A stretch of DNA of 64,000 nucleotides from Candidatus Poribacteria bacterium (GCA_965215265.1 OZ244048.1:3712001-3776000); one strand, 5' to 3'. Shown: positions 35,928-45,992, numbered from the stretch's first letter. The notes: generated by a model not told the origin, from the letters alone. Numbers and translations: made by a program.

Positions 35928-36869
35928 ATGTTCCTCGCTGGCCGAAGAAATATTCATTTATTAATTTTGTTCTGGGTGAGCACCGTTTTTCTGCTAACTT
36001 TCTCATCTGTTGCCTTTTCACAAGACTATGCAATAGATTTAGAAATGATTTTAGCCGGTATCAAACATTATGATTCCCTCGTCAAAACTGGCGAAGGAGT
36101 AGTCCTTTACAAACGGGTGCAAATGCCAGGACTTACTGATGATGGACACCGCAAAGTCGTCGAGTACTATCTCACTTTTACACAACATCAAACCCGGCTG
36201 GATATTCCGGAATACCACGTTGGCAAAGTTCATAACCCTAAACTCACTGTCATTCAAACGAAAAGTGAGGGAGAATTGCACGTGCCCGACAGCAATGCAC
36301 GCCGGAATCGCTTTGCTTATTTTAGTGCCCCTACAAAAAATTTTTTTGATTGGCACCCCAAAAGGATAATGACAGATTGGGAGGAAGGGAGTCTTTATCA
36401 GCATTTAAAGGAAAAAAAGTTTGAGATTAAGCAGAAGGAAAAACTTAACCGGGGTACTTGTTATGTGCTAGAAAATATGGAAGGTGAGAAAATTTGGATT
36501 TCTCCCGAACAAGGATTCAATTTTTTGAAATACGAATATAGATTTGCCCTCAAAACAACTCTTCCAAGTCGTGGTCTGAACCGGGGAACCCCGCTTGTCG
36601 AACGCAGGCGTGCCTTTTACCAAAAATATGAAGATGTCTGGTTTCCGAAACAGACTTTCATTGAAAGTTATTTTATTGACAAAAATGGACAAGAACAACT
36701 TCTCACAAAAACGGAGATTGAGACGAAAAATTTTCGGGTGAATCACGACATTCCGGAATCAACATTTGGCGTTGAAGTTCCGGATACTGTCCCAATTTGG
36801 GTGGATGATTTACGAAAGAATTTATCCAAAAAGGAATTCTTAGATGTTTTTTTGATCTGGAGTGGGTGA
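35928..36869 (+). CDS. Exported hypothetical protein, LolA-like/lipoprotein-sorting-type fold suspected
   Basis: Signal peptide ending 'AFS'. The pattern 'EKLNRGTCYVLE...KIWISPEQGF...VWFPK...NFRVNHDIPESTF' resembles LolA-like folds (inference). Confidence 0.65.
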   Translation: MFLAGRRNIHLLILFWVSTVFLLTFSSVAFSQDYAIDLEMILAGIKHYDSLVKTGEGVVLYKRVQMPGLTDDGHRKVVEYYLTFTQHQTRLDIPEYHVGKVHNPKLTVIQTKSEGELHVPDSNARRNRFAYFSAPTKNFFDWHPKRIMTDWEEGSLYQHLKEKKFEIKQKEKLNRGTCYVLENMEGEKIWISPEQGFNFLKYEYRFALKTTLPSRGLNRGTPLVERRRAFYQKYEDVWFPKQTFIESYFIDKNGQEQLLTKTEIETKNFRVNHDIPESTFGVEVPDTVPIWVDDLRKNLSKKEFLDVFLIWSG

Positions 36870-36902
36870 AGTAGCCCGACATCGTAATGAAAGGAGCCTT
36901 CC

Positions 36903-37135
36903 ATGATGATTTACAAAGTTATTGTCCCCCTTGTGTTGCCCGGCAATATAGAGAAAGCGGTGGAGAAATAGATAATCTTATAGGCACCCAAGCGATAGGT
37001 TACAGGCAATGTAGTGTGCGCTGATGTAGAATCTTAAGGTAGCAGGCCCCCGATTTGGATTTCGCCTGATCTCGGTTTTCGCTATTTGAAATATGATAAA
37101 GAATCTTTTCCATCGCCCATTGGAGGTTTTAGAGG
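36903..37135 (+). pseudogene. Fragmented paralog of the 35928-36869 gene
   Basis: AAAGGAG followed by ATG at 36903. The segment from 37053 reads IWISPDLGFRYLKYD, matching IWISPEQGFNFLKYE of the neighbour. Multiple stops. Confidence 0.55.
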
Positions 37136-37201
37136 TGGTTCTCTTGTGCACCTATGAGAAGGTTGCGGTGCGGGAAAAGACGATTCCGCCCGGTGGACAA
37201 A

Positions 37202-37474
37202 CCCAATAAAGCAACCTCGAAAAAGCTCATCCACCGCTTAGAAAAGTGGAAGATGAAGTGCTATTACACCGATGATTGACAGGGCTACGCCTCGGTGATC
37301 CCGGAAGAAAAGTGGGTTCAGCGCAAAGCAGAGACACGTGGAATTGAACGAAACACTTGTCGCATGCGGCATCGGTTCGGACGGTTTAAGCGAAATTCGA
37401 TTATCGGCTCCAAAAGTATTGAAATGGTAAACTTAACAGTTGGCTTATTCGCGAGATTTCGTGTCAAACGATAA
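37202..37474 (+). mobile_element. IS1-family (InsB-like) transposase remnant
   Basis: Manual translation: KKLIHRLEKWKMKCYYTDD*QGYASVIPEEKWVQRKAETRGIERNTCRMRHRFGRFKRNSIIGSKSIEMVNLTVGLF. IS1 'TD.W..Y' and 'T..IER.N...RH...R..R....SKS' motifs are present, with TGA (37277) at the Trp position. The N-terminal half is missing. Confidence 0.8.
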
Positions 37475-37484
37475 TCACCATCGT

Positions 37485-37545
37485 CCCAGTGGGTGGCGAG
37501 TAAAAGGTAATCTTGCCATGAGACAAAGAATACCTATCTCGCCAC
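37485..37545. repeat. Dispersed MITE/REP-like element, copy
   Basis: CCCAGTGGGTGGCGAGTAAAAGGTAATCTT...GAGACAAAGAATACCTATCTCGCCAC. Confidence 0.75.
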
Positions 37546-37886
37546 TCGCATCTCACGCGTCGCATTCTTTTTTGCTTTCTTCGCGGCTTTCCATTAACGG
37601 CATCGCCGGTGTCTATCCCGGCCACTTTAATTTGGGGGATATCGAGCAGGAGGAATTCATCCGCAAATCCTTAAAAGCGGTTTATTCGGATGGACGCAAT
37701 AAGATGGGACACTTATGAGTAGCAGCATCTATCTCTATACGCTAAGCGCGGGTGATTTTTCGGGACGGGAAGGGAAGTTCTCTCCGCAAGCGGGGAGGAA
37801 TCTCCTTCCCGAAAAATGCTCATCCGGAAATAAATTCAATCTCCCAGCACATAGCTCCTTCTTTTAACATTCAGCGAAGATAAAGT

Positions 37887-38060
37887 GGTAACTTTTTTGT
37901 TGAAGAGCGAGCTCGCTTCTGTTATGATAGTCGCAAACGGGCAAATTTCTTAGGAGATAAGCATGAAAATCTATCGTATTGCGATTATTGGCTTAGGTGG
38001 TATGGGAATGGAACATGCCAGGGCAGTAGAATTGGACGCAGACTGTGAATTGGTTGCCGG
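37887..38060 (+). repeat. 174-bp direct repeat, copy 2
   Basis: Near-identical to 34774-34947. Forms the promoter and 5' end of the intact gene. Confidence 0.97.
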
Positions 38061-39084
38061 TGCAGAAATTAACCCCGAGCGTGCGGCAGCATGGGGCAAC
38101 CGATTCGGCGTTGAAGCCATCTATGACGACTATGAAAAGATGTTGGATGAACAACAGCCTGACATTGTTATTGTCCCGACGCAGGCACCGATGCACTACC
38201 GGCCAACGATTGCCGCGGCAAAGCGCGGCATCCACGTCTTCTGTGAAAAGCCGATCGCCCTCAACCTGATTCAAGCCGACGACATGGTTGAAACCTGTGA
38301 CAGGCACAACGTCAAATTTGCGATTAACCACATCAAACGTGCCAGCCCGTACAATCGGCACGTCCTTTCGTTAATAGACAAAGGGGACATCGGTGAGGTC
38401 GTGCTACTGAAAGCGACTGATAAAGGTGGACGTAAGGCAGGTAACTCGCTGATGGAGATGGGCACGCATCTTTACGATTGGCTCCGTCTTTTCGGTGGTG
38501 ATGTGGAGTGGGTGCATGCGCATCTGGTTCAGTTGGATGGAGGCGAGTCAACCGTTGATGACATTAAGCATACACAAGAGGTTCACTCGTACGACCGCGA
38601 TGCGGGACTAGTACTTGGAGAACGGGGGCACGCTGCCTTCCGCTTCAAAAACGGCATCCACGCCGATGTGCAGTTCCTTGCACAGCCGCAGACTAACGAT
38701 AACGGCTACGGCATTGATATTATCGGCACCGAAGGACGTATCGCTGTGCGAGAAAGCGTCGGCACTACTATGTTTATCCATAAGGGCCAACATAAGACTC
38801 CGGCAGACGTGTGGGAACAGGTCCATCTCCGAGAGGAAGAACTTGACGAGCAAGGAAATCCACGGGATAAAGGCTCTGTGCGATTGCTATTGCAACGTCT
38901 TATGCTACGCGATCTTATTGAGGCGATTCAGATTGACCGGGAGGCGTTCGCAAGCGGAAGGGATGGACGGGATTGCCTAGAGATGATTCATGCGACGTGG
39001 GAATCTCATCGGCAGAGAGCGCGCGTATATCTACCGCTAACCCCGCGTGAACACCCGCTTGAACGGTGGCAGAAAGAAATTTAA
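37963..39084 (+). CDS. Gfo/Idh/MocA family oxidoreductase
   Basis: 'IAIIGLGGMG', 'HVFCEKPIA', 'MEMGTHLYD', 'IIGTEG'. Confidence 0.94.
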   Translation: MKIYRIAIIGLGGMGMEHARAVELDADCELVAGAEINPERAAAWGNRFGVEAIYDDYEKMLDEQQPDIVIVPTQAPMHYRPTIAAAKRGIHVFCEKPIALNLIQADDMVETCDRHNVKFAINHIKRASPYNRHVLSLIDKGDIGEVVLLKATDKGGRKAGNSLMEMGTHLYDWLRLFGGDVEWVHAHLVQLDGGESTVDDIKHTQEVHSYDRDAGLVLGERGHAAFRFKNGIHADVQFLAQPQTNDNGYGIDIIGTEGRIAVRESVGTTMFIHKGQHKTPADVWEQVHLREEELDEQGNPRDKGSVRLLLQRLMLRDLIEAIQIDREAFASGRDGRDCLEMIHATWESHRQRARVYLPLTPREHPLERWQKEI

Positions 39085-39194
39085 TCACAACATGTTAAGT
39101 AAAGATAGAGAACGAAGTTGGAGGGCAATCCTAACGAAGGTACTTGGCTATTCTCCCGTACACCATGTCCAGACTTTAAACTCTGAACATTCTT

Positions 39195-39420
39195 AAGTCT
39201 GAATTGGAGAAAGAGGGTTTAATTTAGAGTCAATACATCAGAACCCTCCGACGAGATTTTCACAGTCATTGACAATACATCAGGCGTTATCGGGCTTAAA
39301 TATACAAAAGTCTGAATTGGAGAAGGAGGGTTTAATTTAGAGTCAATACATCAGAACCCTCCGACGAGATTTTCACAGTCATTGACAATACATCAGGCGT
39401 TATCGAGCTTAAATATACAA
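39195..39420. repeat. Tandem duplication of a 113-bp unit (2 copies) inside a decayed ORF
   Basis: 39195-39307 and 39308-39420 differ at 2 positions. Confidence 0.93.
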
Positions 39421-39570
39421 AAAGACGAGATTTACACAGGAGTTATGATTACCTAGACGTTGATGGTACGGAGATATACGAAAACCTCAAAACCCGCCAC
39501 TTCGGCGGCACATAATAGAATGAGTTACGAATTTTGGTGTCTTGTATCGGATCACTACTAGGAGGAATTT

Positions 39571-40251
39571 ATGCAACGTTTGGATATTCTACATACATCA
39601 ATTAACGAGTATCTACTTGACATTATTCCGAAACGCGACGAAGTCCTGACAGAAATGGAGGCTCGTGCCCGGGAGCACCGCTTCCCGATTGTCGGTCCTC
39701 TCGTAGGACGTGTGTTGCATCAATTGGTGCTGCTTACGAATCCTACACGGATTTTTGAGATGGGCTCAGGGTTTGGGTATTCGGCGTATTGGATGGCAAA
39801 GGCCTTGCGGCATCCGGAAGCATGTATCATCTGTACTGACGGTTCGCAAGAGAACGCAGACCGAGCGGCCGGTTATTTCGCACGCGGTGGTATCGCCGAA
39901 TGCATCGATTACCGTGTCGGGAATGCCCTAGAAATCATTGATGAGACCGAAGGTGAATTTGACATCATCTACAATGACATAGACAAAGATGGGTACCCTG
40001 AAGCGTTTCGCAAAGCCATTCCACGTCTCCGGAGCGGTGGGCTCTTTATCACCGATAATATGCTATGGGGCGGGCGCGTCATCGCCCCGGACTTCGAGCT
40101 TAGCACACAAAGTGGTGATGAACGAGAACAGTGGCTGAACAAAGCAACCGCTGGAGTCAAAGAAGTGACGCAGCTGCTATACAACTCATCGGATGTGTTC
40201 ACCACGATAATCCCGCTTCGCGATGGCGTTTCAGTCTCCGTAAAACGGTAG
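39571..40251 (+). CDS. Class I SAM-dependent O-methyltransferase (COMT/YrrM-like)
   Basis: 'IFEMGSGFGYS', 'FDIIYNDIDKDGY', 'LRSGGLFITDNMLW.G', 'PLRDGV'. AGGAGG RBS. Confidence 0.93.
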   Translation: MQRLDILHTSINEYLLDIIPKRDEVLTEMEARAREHRFPIVGPLVGRVLHQLVLLTNPTRIFEMGSGFGYSAYWMAKALRHPEACIICTDGSQENADRAAGYFARGGIAECIDYRVGNALEIIDETEGEFDIIYNDIDKDGYPEAFRKAIPRLRSGGLFITDNMLWGGRVIAPDFELSTQSGDEREQWLNKATAGVKEVTQLLYNSSDVFTTIIPLRDGVSVSVKR

Positions 40252-40344
40252 AAGAATTCTCGGTTCAGGACGGTTTTTGAAGGAATAATCGATTTTATGT
40301 TACACTTCCGGATTGATACGCAATTTCAAAAACGGGGGCTGTGG

Positions 40345-42537
40345 ATGAAAATTTTGACCGGATTGTGGGTGTGTATTCTATTTATTCCTATTGCTGTCGA
40401 TGCACAGAGTGGGCGGGCATTACCGCGTATGTCAGCACATCGCACTTCTGAGGAAATCAAAATTGATGGGGTACTTGACGAATCTGCTTGGCAAACCGTA
40501 GAGCCAATCCGTCAGTTATACCAAATCCAACCTAACCAAGGTGAGCCTGCGACACAACCCTCTGAAGTACGAATCCTTTATGATACCAAAAAACTCTACT
40601 TCGGGTTCATCTTTTTCGATTCGGAGATTGACAAACTGGTAGCGAACGACATGCGCCGGGATTCCCCGGGCCTACGTTCCAACGACTACGGTTTTTTGCT
40701 GTTGGATACGTACAACGACCGGCGAAATGCCGTTTTCTTCCGGTTCACGCCCGTGGGGGGCGTGGAAGATACAGCAGTCTCAAACAGTGGTGGGAGTCTT
40801 AACGGGAGCTGGGACATTGTTTGGGAGTGCCGCTGCAAAATTAACCCAGAAAACTGGACAGCGGAGATCGCAGTACCGTTTAGTCAACTCCGATTTGAAC
40901 AGAGCGACGTGATGACGTGGGGGCTAAATTTCGGACGTGAAATTGCACGAAACCGAGAAATTGCAGCGTGGAATGAGGCACCAAAAACTTATGGTGGGCT
41001 AGCAAAGTATCGCACTGCGTATTTCGGTACACTTGAGGGGTTAAAGGGTATCCGTCCATCAAGGCATCTGGAATTGCTGCCTTATGTGTCGCCCGGTGCA
41101 AGTTTCACATCAACGACAGATGAGAGTGACGGCGTATTTGAAGCCGGTTTAGATCTCAAATACGGCGTAACCCCGAATTTAACTGCTGATTTAACCTTCA
41201 ACACGGATTTTGCGCAAGTTGAAGCGGACCAGGAGCAGGTCAACCTCACCCGCTTTGACCTCTTTTTTCCGGAGCAGCGTCCGTTCTTCTTGGAAGGTGC
41301 GAGCATTTTCGATGTAGGCATCCCGCGTCCGAGTTTCCGCAGGCCACCGCCCTTACTACTGTTTTATAGCCGCCGCGTCGGACTTGCCAAAGATCGGGCG
41401 ATCCCTATCCTCGGTGGCGGTAAAATTACCGGAAAAATAGGTCCTTACGGTATTGGCATCCTGAACGTCTTGACGGACAAATCCCGAGAGGAAAAGACAG
41501 GAACTTCCGAGGATGACATATTCGACGAACCGCGCACAAATTACTCGGTTGTACGGGTGAACCGTGACATCTTAAAGCGCTCAACTGTAGGGGCAATTTT
41601 TGTCAATAAGCAAGATGCTGACACATACAATCGCACAACGGGGCTCGATTTCTCGTACCGGCCGACAAGAGAGATTGATATCCGCGGCTTGTGGTCGCGT
41701 ACTTTTGACGAAGGCATCTCTGGAAACAGCAATGCTCTCTTTTTTGGTGGGGATTGGCGAACGAATCTATTTCGACTCAACGGTTCATATACAGACATCG
41801 GCGAAGACTTTAGGCCGGAAGTCGGTTTTGTGCAACGCCGGGGGATCCGCCGCTTTCGAGGCGATGCTAGCTACACCCCCTGGCCCGGCAAATTTGGCAT
41901 TCGTGGGATTCAGATTGGACCTGAAATAGATCTCGTCCTGACACAAGAGAATGAACTAGAAACGCAAGAGATTACTTTCGACACGCAATTTGAATTTGAA
42001 ACGGGTGACGACATCGGGTTTCAAGTCAAGAATGCAACAGAAAATCTTGAGGAAGATTTTCTCATTCAAGAGGTTAGTATCCCGGCAGATGAGTATAATT
42101 TTACTTCCTTTCAGACATCCGTCCAATCGAGTAGCAGCCGGATGATTTCCGGGAGCCTCGAAGTGGAGCTCGGTGAATTCTATCACGGCACCAGGCGTGG
42201 TTTCTCAATCGACACAAGCATCAGACCCACTGCACAACTCAGTATTGAGTCGTTGATTGAATTTAACAGGATTACGCTATCTGAGACGGCTTTCAATGCT
42301 AACGTCTTTGGAGGCAGAATTGGCTATTCCTTCTCCACGACACTTTTTACTAAGTTGTTTGCCCAATGGAGCACCGATAGAGATATAATCTCTACGAACT
42401 TTTTGCTCAACTATATTTACCGGCCTGGCAGTGATTTCTACCTGGTCTTCAATCAAAATTATAATACAGCAGATGGAGGCATAGAACTCGGTGACTGGAC
42501 GGTTGTGGGTAAATTGACGTATTGGTGGAATCCTTAA
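40345..42537 (+). CDS. CBM9-like sugar-binding plus DUF5916 outer-membrane protein
   Basis: 'IKIDGVLDE.AW', 'WTAEIAVPFSQLRF', 'TFNTDFAQVEAD..QVNLTRF.LFFPE.RPFFLEG', 'FYSRRVG'. Start placed at ATG 40345. Confidence 0.88.
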   Translation: MKILTGLWVCILFIPIAVDAQSGRALPRMSAHRTSEEIKIDGVLDESAWQTVEPIRQLYQIQPNQGEPATQPSEVRILYDTKKLYFGFIFFDSEIDKLVANDMRRDSPGLRSNDYGFLLLDTYNDRRNAVFFRFTPVGGVEDTAVSNSGGSLNGSWDIVWECRCKINPENWTAEIAVPFSQLRFEQSDVMTWGLNFGREIARNREIAAWNEAPKTYGGLAKYRTAYFGTLEGLKGIRPSRHLELLPYVSPGASFTSTTDESDGVFEAGLDLKYGVTPNLTADLTFNTDFAQVEADQEQVNLTRFDLFFPEQRPFFLEGASIFDVGIPRPSFRRPPPLLLFYSRRVGLAKDRAIPILGGGKITGKIGPYGIGILNVLTDKSREEKTGTSEDDIFDEPRTNYSVVRVNRDILKRSTVGAIFVNKQDADTYNRTTGLDFSYRPTREIDIRGLWSRTFDEGISGNSNALFFGGDWRTNLFRLNGSYTDIGEDFRPEVGFVQRRGIRRFRGDASYTPWPGKFGIRGIQIGPEIDLVLTQENELETQEITFDTQFEFETGDDIGFQVKNATENLEEDFLIQEVSIPADEYNFTSFQTSVQSSSSRMISGSLEVELGEFYHGTRRGFSIDTSIRPTAQLSIESLIEFNRITLSETAFNANVFGGRIGYSFSTTLFTKLFAQWSTDRDIISTNFLLNYIYRPGSDFYLVFNQNYNTADGGIELGDWTVVGKLTYWWNP

Positions 42538-42573
42538 GGGCCAACCCAACTTTGGAGTGGATAGGCGGTTCCA

Positions 42574-43272
42574 CTAACCGCCGCCCTCCAGCCACTGTTT
42601 TATTGTCCAAAACTGGTACCCTTCGCGTTTAAGAGCTGTGATGATTCTGTCTGTCGCTTCAACTGTACCTGAACGATCGGCGTGTTCATTTTCAGCTTTG
42701 CCGTCATGGAGGACGATAATCGACCCTGGTTTTGTTTTTTTTAGTACCGTTTGAGTGATTCGCCGGGGGTTCTGTGTTGTCCAATCCCAACTCCAGACAT
42801 TACAACTAATGTGCGTCCGGTCTGCTTTTGAAAGGACCCAGGCAACTGGCAGAAACCTTGTTAACATCGGTGCTCGAAACACGATTTCATCTCCAATATC
42901 CAACTCACGAAGAAGGCGGTCAGTTCGTTCAATTTCTCGCTGGATATAAGTAGAGGTCCGGAGTCCTAGCACCGGATGGCTATAGGAATGATTGCCAACC
43001 TGATGTCCTTTACGCCTAATCATACGGACCGTTTCGGGATGTTTTTCAATCCGCTGACCAACCAGAAAGAATGTAGCTTTAATGTTATGCAGGTCAAGTA
43101 CTTCAAGTAGCTGCTCGGTGTAGGGCGGATTAGGTCCATCATCGAAGGTGAGCGCGACTATCTTTTGCTCTGTGTGCATCTGAACAATATTCTTTCCGAA
43201 GGGTGGTTTAAAGAAAAATCGAGACAACAGTGTAGCCGTTACCAATGCTATGACAGCAATAATTGGGTTCAT
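42574..43272 (-). CDS. Polysaccharide deacetylase (NodB/CE4), N-terminally anchored; last gene of the carotenoid operon
   Basis: 'ALTFDDGP', 'KATFFLVG', 'GNHSYSH', 'FRAP', 'GSIIVLHDG'. Starts 14 bp after the crtW stop. Confidence 0.92.
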   Translation of the reverse strand: MNPIIAVIALVTATLLSRFFFKPPFGKNIVQMHTEQKIVALTFDDGPNPPYTEQLLEVLDLHNIKATFFLVGQRIEKHPETVRMIRRKGHQVGNHSYSHPVLGLRTSTYIQREIERTDRLLRELDIGDEIVFRAPMLTRFLPVAWVLSKADRTHISCNVWSWDWTTQNPRRITQTVLKKTKPGSIIVLHDGKAENEHADRSGTVEATDRIITALKREGYQFWTIKQWLEGGG

Positions 43273-43286
43273 TTTTTAGTATTCCG

Positions 43287-44087
43287 TTAGGTTGGTGCGT
43301 TCTTGTACGGGAGTGAATTTTTGTCTTCCTGCAACTGAATTTTGCGTATTTTTGGCAGTTCCCACCAAGGGACGTAAGGATACTCGTGATGTTCCCAATG
43401 GTACCCGAAGTGGTAACAGGTGATAAAAGACCAGAATCTGGAATAGACGTTGCTCTGCGCGCGATGGCGGTTGTCATAGCCGCCTTCTGGAAGGCGGTGC
43501 GGCAGATATGTGCCGAAATAAAATAATTGTAATGTGCTCAGCCAGGAAGGCAGAACCCAGAACAGTAAAAGGTTGACAGTCGGAATTCCCAAAACGTATT
43601 CCATGATTTGAAATACGAGTGCCATCCCAACTATCTGTTTCCAACCGAGATATGTTTTCATAAAATGAAAGTACCACGCCAAGAAGCCGCTATGTGTGCC
43701 ATCATGAAAATCCGGATCCGTCCCGCTTGCGGGTGTTTTATGGTGTGCCCAATGCTTAACTAATAAGTTACGATACTCAAAAAGTGCGTATAACCTAACA
43801 GCGACGGTTCCAATTATGTTATTGAGTCGTGGGCGAGCCGGACATACCGTACCGTGCATCGCGTCATGTGCTGTAATGAACAGACCTGTATAGAGAAACA
43901 TCTGGCAAAGTATGCACACAGGTATGATGCCAATCTGGATTTGAGCCACATCACGTGTCAGTAATGTCGTAAGGCTCAAGATCCATAACCCGATAATCGT
44001 TAATGCAATAGATAAGCCCTTATGTATCGGTTTCATATTTTTAATTAAATTGTGGTTGGTGTTACGTCGATCGTCTGATGCTAGCAT
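43287..44087 (-). CDS. crtW: Beta-carotene ketolase CrtW
   Basis: His boxes 'LYTGLFITAHDAMHG', 'KHWAHH', 'DPDF', 'QLFYFGTYLPH', 'TCYHFGYHWEHHEYP.VPWW.LP'. The start may be ATG 44036. Confidence 0.93.
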   Translation of the reverse strand: MLASDDRRNTNHNLIKNMKPIHKGLSIALTIIGLWILSLTTLLTRDVAQIQIGIIPVCILCQMFLYTGLFITAHDAMHGTVCPARPRLNNIIGTVAVRLYALFEYRNLLVKHWAHHKTPASGTDPDFHDGTHSGFLAWYFHFMKTYLGWKQIVGMALVFQIMEYVLGIPTVNLLLFWVLPSWLSTLQLFYFGTYLPHRLPEGGYDNRHRAQSNVYSRFWSFITCYHFGYHWEHHEYPYVPWWELPKIRKIQLQEDKNSLPYKNAPT

Positions 44088-44090
44088 GTT

Positions 44091-44726
44091 TTAGGTTTTC
44101 AAGTTCACGAGTCCGAAATAGGTGAGTTGTGCGAAATAGAAGTGAAGCGCGATACGTGGCAACGGGCGGCGAAATAAGCCGATGTGCGAGCCGATTGTAG
44201 AGAAGATGAAACTTAATCCAAACCACGCTAGGTAGTTCTGAAAAGGAATGCGGTTGTTAGTCCATTTCCAATAATCCAATTTGATTGCGGCTGGCTCCAT
44301 AAGCATATCGAAGCCGACCATTAGCAACGCCACCAAACACGGTAACTTGAATAGACTTTTCGTTATGGATTCGGGACAGACGGTTTGGACGACAGCCGTT
44401 GAGGCGATAAGCATCACGAACCATGCACATCCAATAGAAATTGGCACACTATCAAGCGATGGACGTAATGTCTGCCCATACTGATATGAACCGAAAATCA
44501 GACCTGTGCGTACGCCGAACCATTCTATGCCAAAACTACCGATAATAATCGCTATGCTCCAGCAGGAAATTTTCTGTTTCTCATCCTGTGGAGAGGCGCA
44601 CCAGCATTCCGAGAACAGCCATGCGCCTAAACCGAGCATAATTGGCGAAGCGAGGATTCGCATGGGTTGTTGAAAAACATCCAGTAGATGCCATAGTCCG
44701 CCGGCACCTAAAATTAGATAGAGCAC
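44091..44726 (-). CDS. cruF: Carotenoid 1,2-hydratase CruF-like membrane protein
   Basis: 'IEWFGVRTGLIFGSYQYG..L', 'VP..I..AW', 'D.LMEP.A..LDYW.W', 'IP.QNYLAWF'. The reading frame extends upstream to an ATA at 44771. Confidence 0.85.
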   Translation of the reverse strand: MLYLILGAGGLWHLLDVFQQPMRILASPIMLGLGAWLFSECWCASPQDEKQKISCWSIAIIIGSFGIEWFGVRTGLIFGSYQYGQTLRPSLDSVPISIGCAWFVMLIASTAVVQTVCPESITKSLFKLPCLVALLMVGFDMLMEPAAIKLDYWKWTNNRIPFQNYLAWFGLSFIFSTIGSHIGLFRRPLPRIALHFYFAQLTYFGLVNLKT

Positions 44727-44870
44727 GCCTATTTTGAACTTATTTAGACTGATACTGTTTTTCTTACCTATTCTGGGTCTCCTTACAAATAGAAGTTTAA
44801 GTACTTATTATCGGACTGTCAATTTCAATTCGATGAGTCGTATTAGCCCAAAGGGCGGTTTTGCCCTGGT

Positions 44871-45992
44871 TTAGTCGTTTATCTGCAAATTGATTTCACG
44901 TCCCTTCCACTGTACGCGTCCCGTCCTGACTTGGTATACAGAATGAATGCCAATTAGCAGCGTCAGCAAAACCCCAAACGGATGCAAAATCACGCTTGTA
45001 AAGCATGGATGTTTATATTTGAGTACCAGTGCTATCCGCATAGCAACGTTCATAGCGATGGCAACGAGTGCCAGTGTTCTCAATTGTGCAAACCAGACAG
45101 CGATATAGGGCAAAATAGACATCGTGAACAGTCCCAGGGTTAAAATAAAAAACGGTATGATGCGGTAGCGGACCAGCCCAAAGAGGTTTTTAGAAAATCC
45201 GTGCCATACCTCGTTGAATGAATGATACATTCGGCAAGCTACAACGCCAGTGCCGGCTGATGTTAAGATTCTGATACCGTTCTTTTTTGCCAAACGACTC
45301 AACTCAACGTCTTCAACCAGTTGATTTGATACGGCTTGATGGCCCCCAATCTGTTTATATGCTTCCCGCGTGAAGGCAATCCACAGCCCGCTTGCGGCGG
45401 CAAGTGCAGGCGAACGACTGAAATATGTCAGCCATAATGGAAGCCCTGCGTAAACGAACATGTCGACCACTGGGACCACCAGTTTCTCCGCCAATGTCAC
45501 CGTCACTTTTTCTGGAAACGCTGACAATAACCCAAGTTCTAGTTTCTGCATATAGGCTACGGTATTCGCGATCGCCTCAGGGGCAGGGCGGTTATCCGCG
45601 TCAGTGAAAATGAGTATTTCACCGTTTGCAGATTGACTTAACTGATGGCATGCCCAATTCTTCCCGGTCCAACCCGGGGGCAATGATTCGCCACAAATCG
45701 CTTGAACTTGAGGGTGCTGCTCGCTGAATTGTTGGATGATGGCTAGCGTGCGATCTGTGGATTGGTCGTCGAGTACGTGTATTTCAAAGTTATCGTAAGT
45801 TTGAGAGAGTAATCCGTCAACACAATTCTGGATGTTGGATTCCTCGTTACGAGCGGGGATCAGCACTGAAACGCGCGGACGGTGCCGGTGGCTGCCAGTT
45901 TTTTTCAGCATAGGTGCCGTTACGACATTAAACAGCGTTACTGTTAAGCTAATCGCCAGCAGTCCAATGGAAATCAACATTAATGTAAACAA
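44871..45992 (-). CDS. GT2 glycosyltransferase, CruC/CrtQ-like carotenoid glycosyltransferase
   Basis: 'VSVLIPARNEE', 'LDDQSTD', 'LPPGWTGKNWAC.QL', 'FTDAD', 'VEDV.L', 'CRMY', 'GFSKN', C-terminal 'WKGR'. Lies within the crt operon. Confidence 0.88.
   Translation of the reverse strand: MFTLMLISIGLLAISLTVTLFNVVTAPMLKKTGSHRHRPRVSVLIPARNEESNIQNCVDGLLSQTYDNFEIHVLDDQSTDRTLAIIQQFSEQHPQVQAICGESLPPGWTGKNWACHQLSQSANGEILIFTDADNRPAPEAIANTVAYMQKLELGLLSAFPEKVTVTLAEKLVVPVVDMFVYAGLPLWLTYFSRSPALAAASGLWIAFTREAYKQIGGHQAVSNQLVEDVELSRLAKKNGIRILTSAGTGVVACRMYHSFNEVWHGFSKNLFGLVRYRIIPFFILTLGLFTMSILPYIAVWFAQLRTLALVAIAMNVAMRIALVLKYKHPCFTSVILHPFGVLLTLLIGIHSVYQVRTGRVQWKGREINLQIND

Noticed and set aside
37277-37279. In-frame TGA as Trp recoding or selenocysteine
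   Set aside because: It lies in a truncated IS1 fragment, and TGA serves as a normal stop in intact genes here (crtB, crtI).
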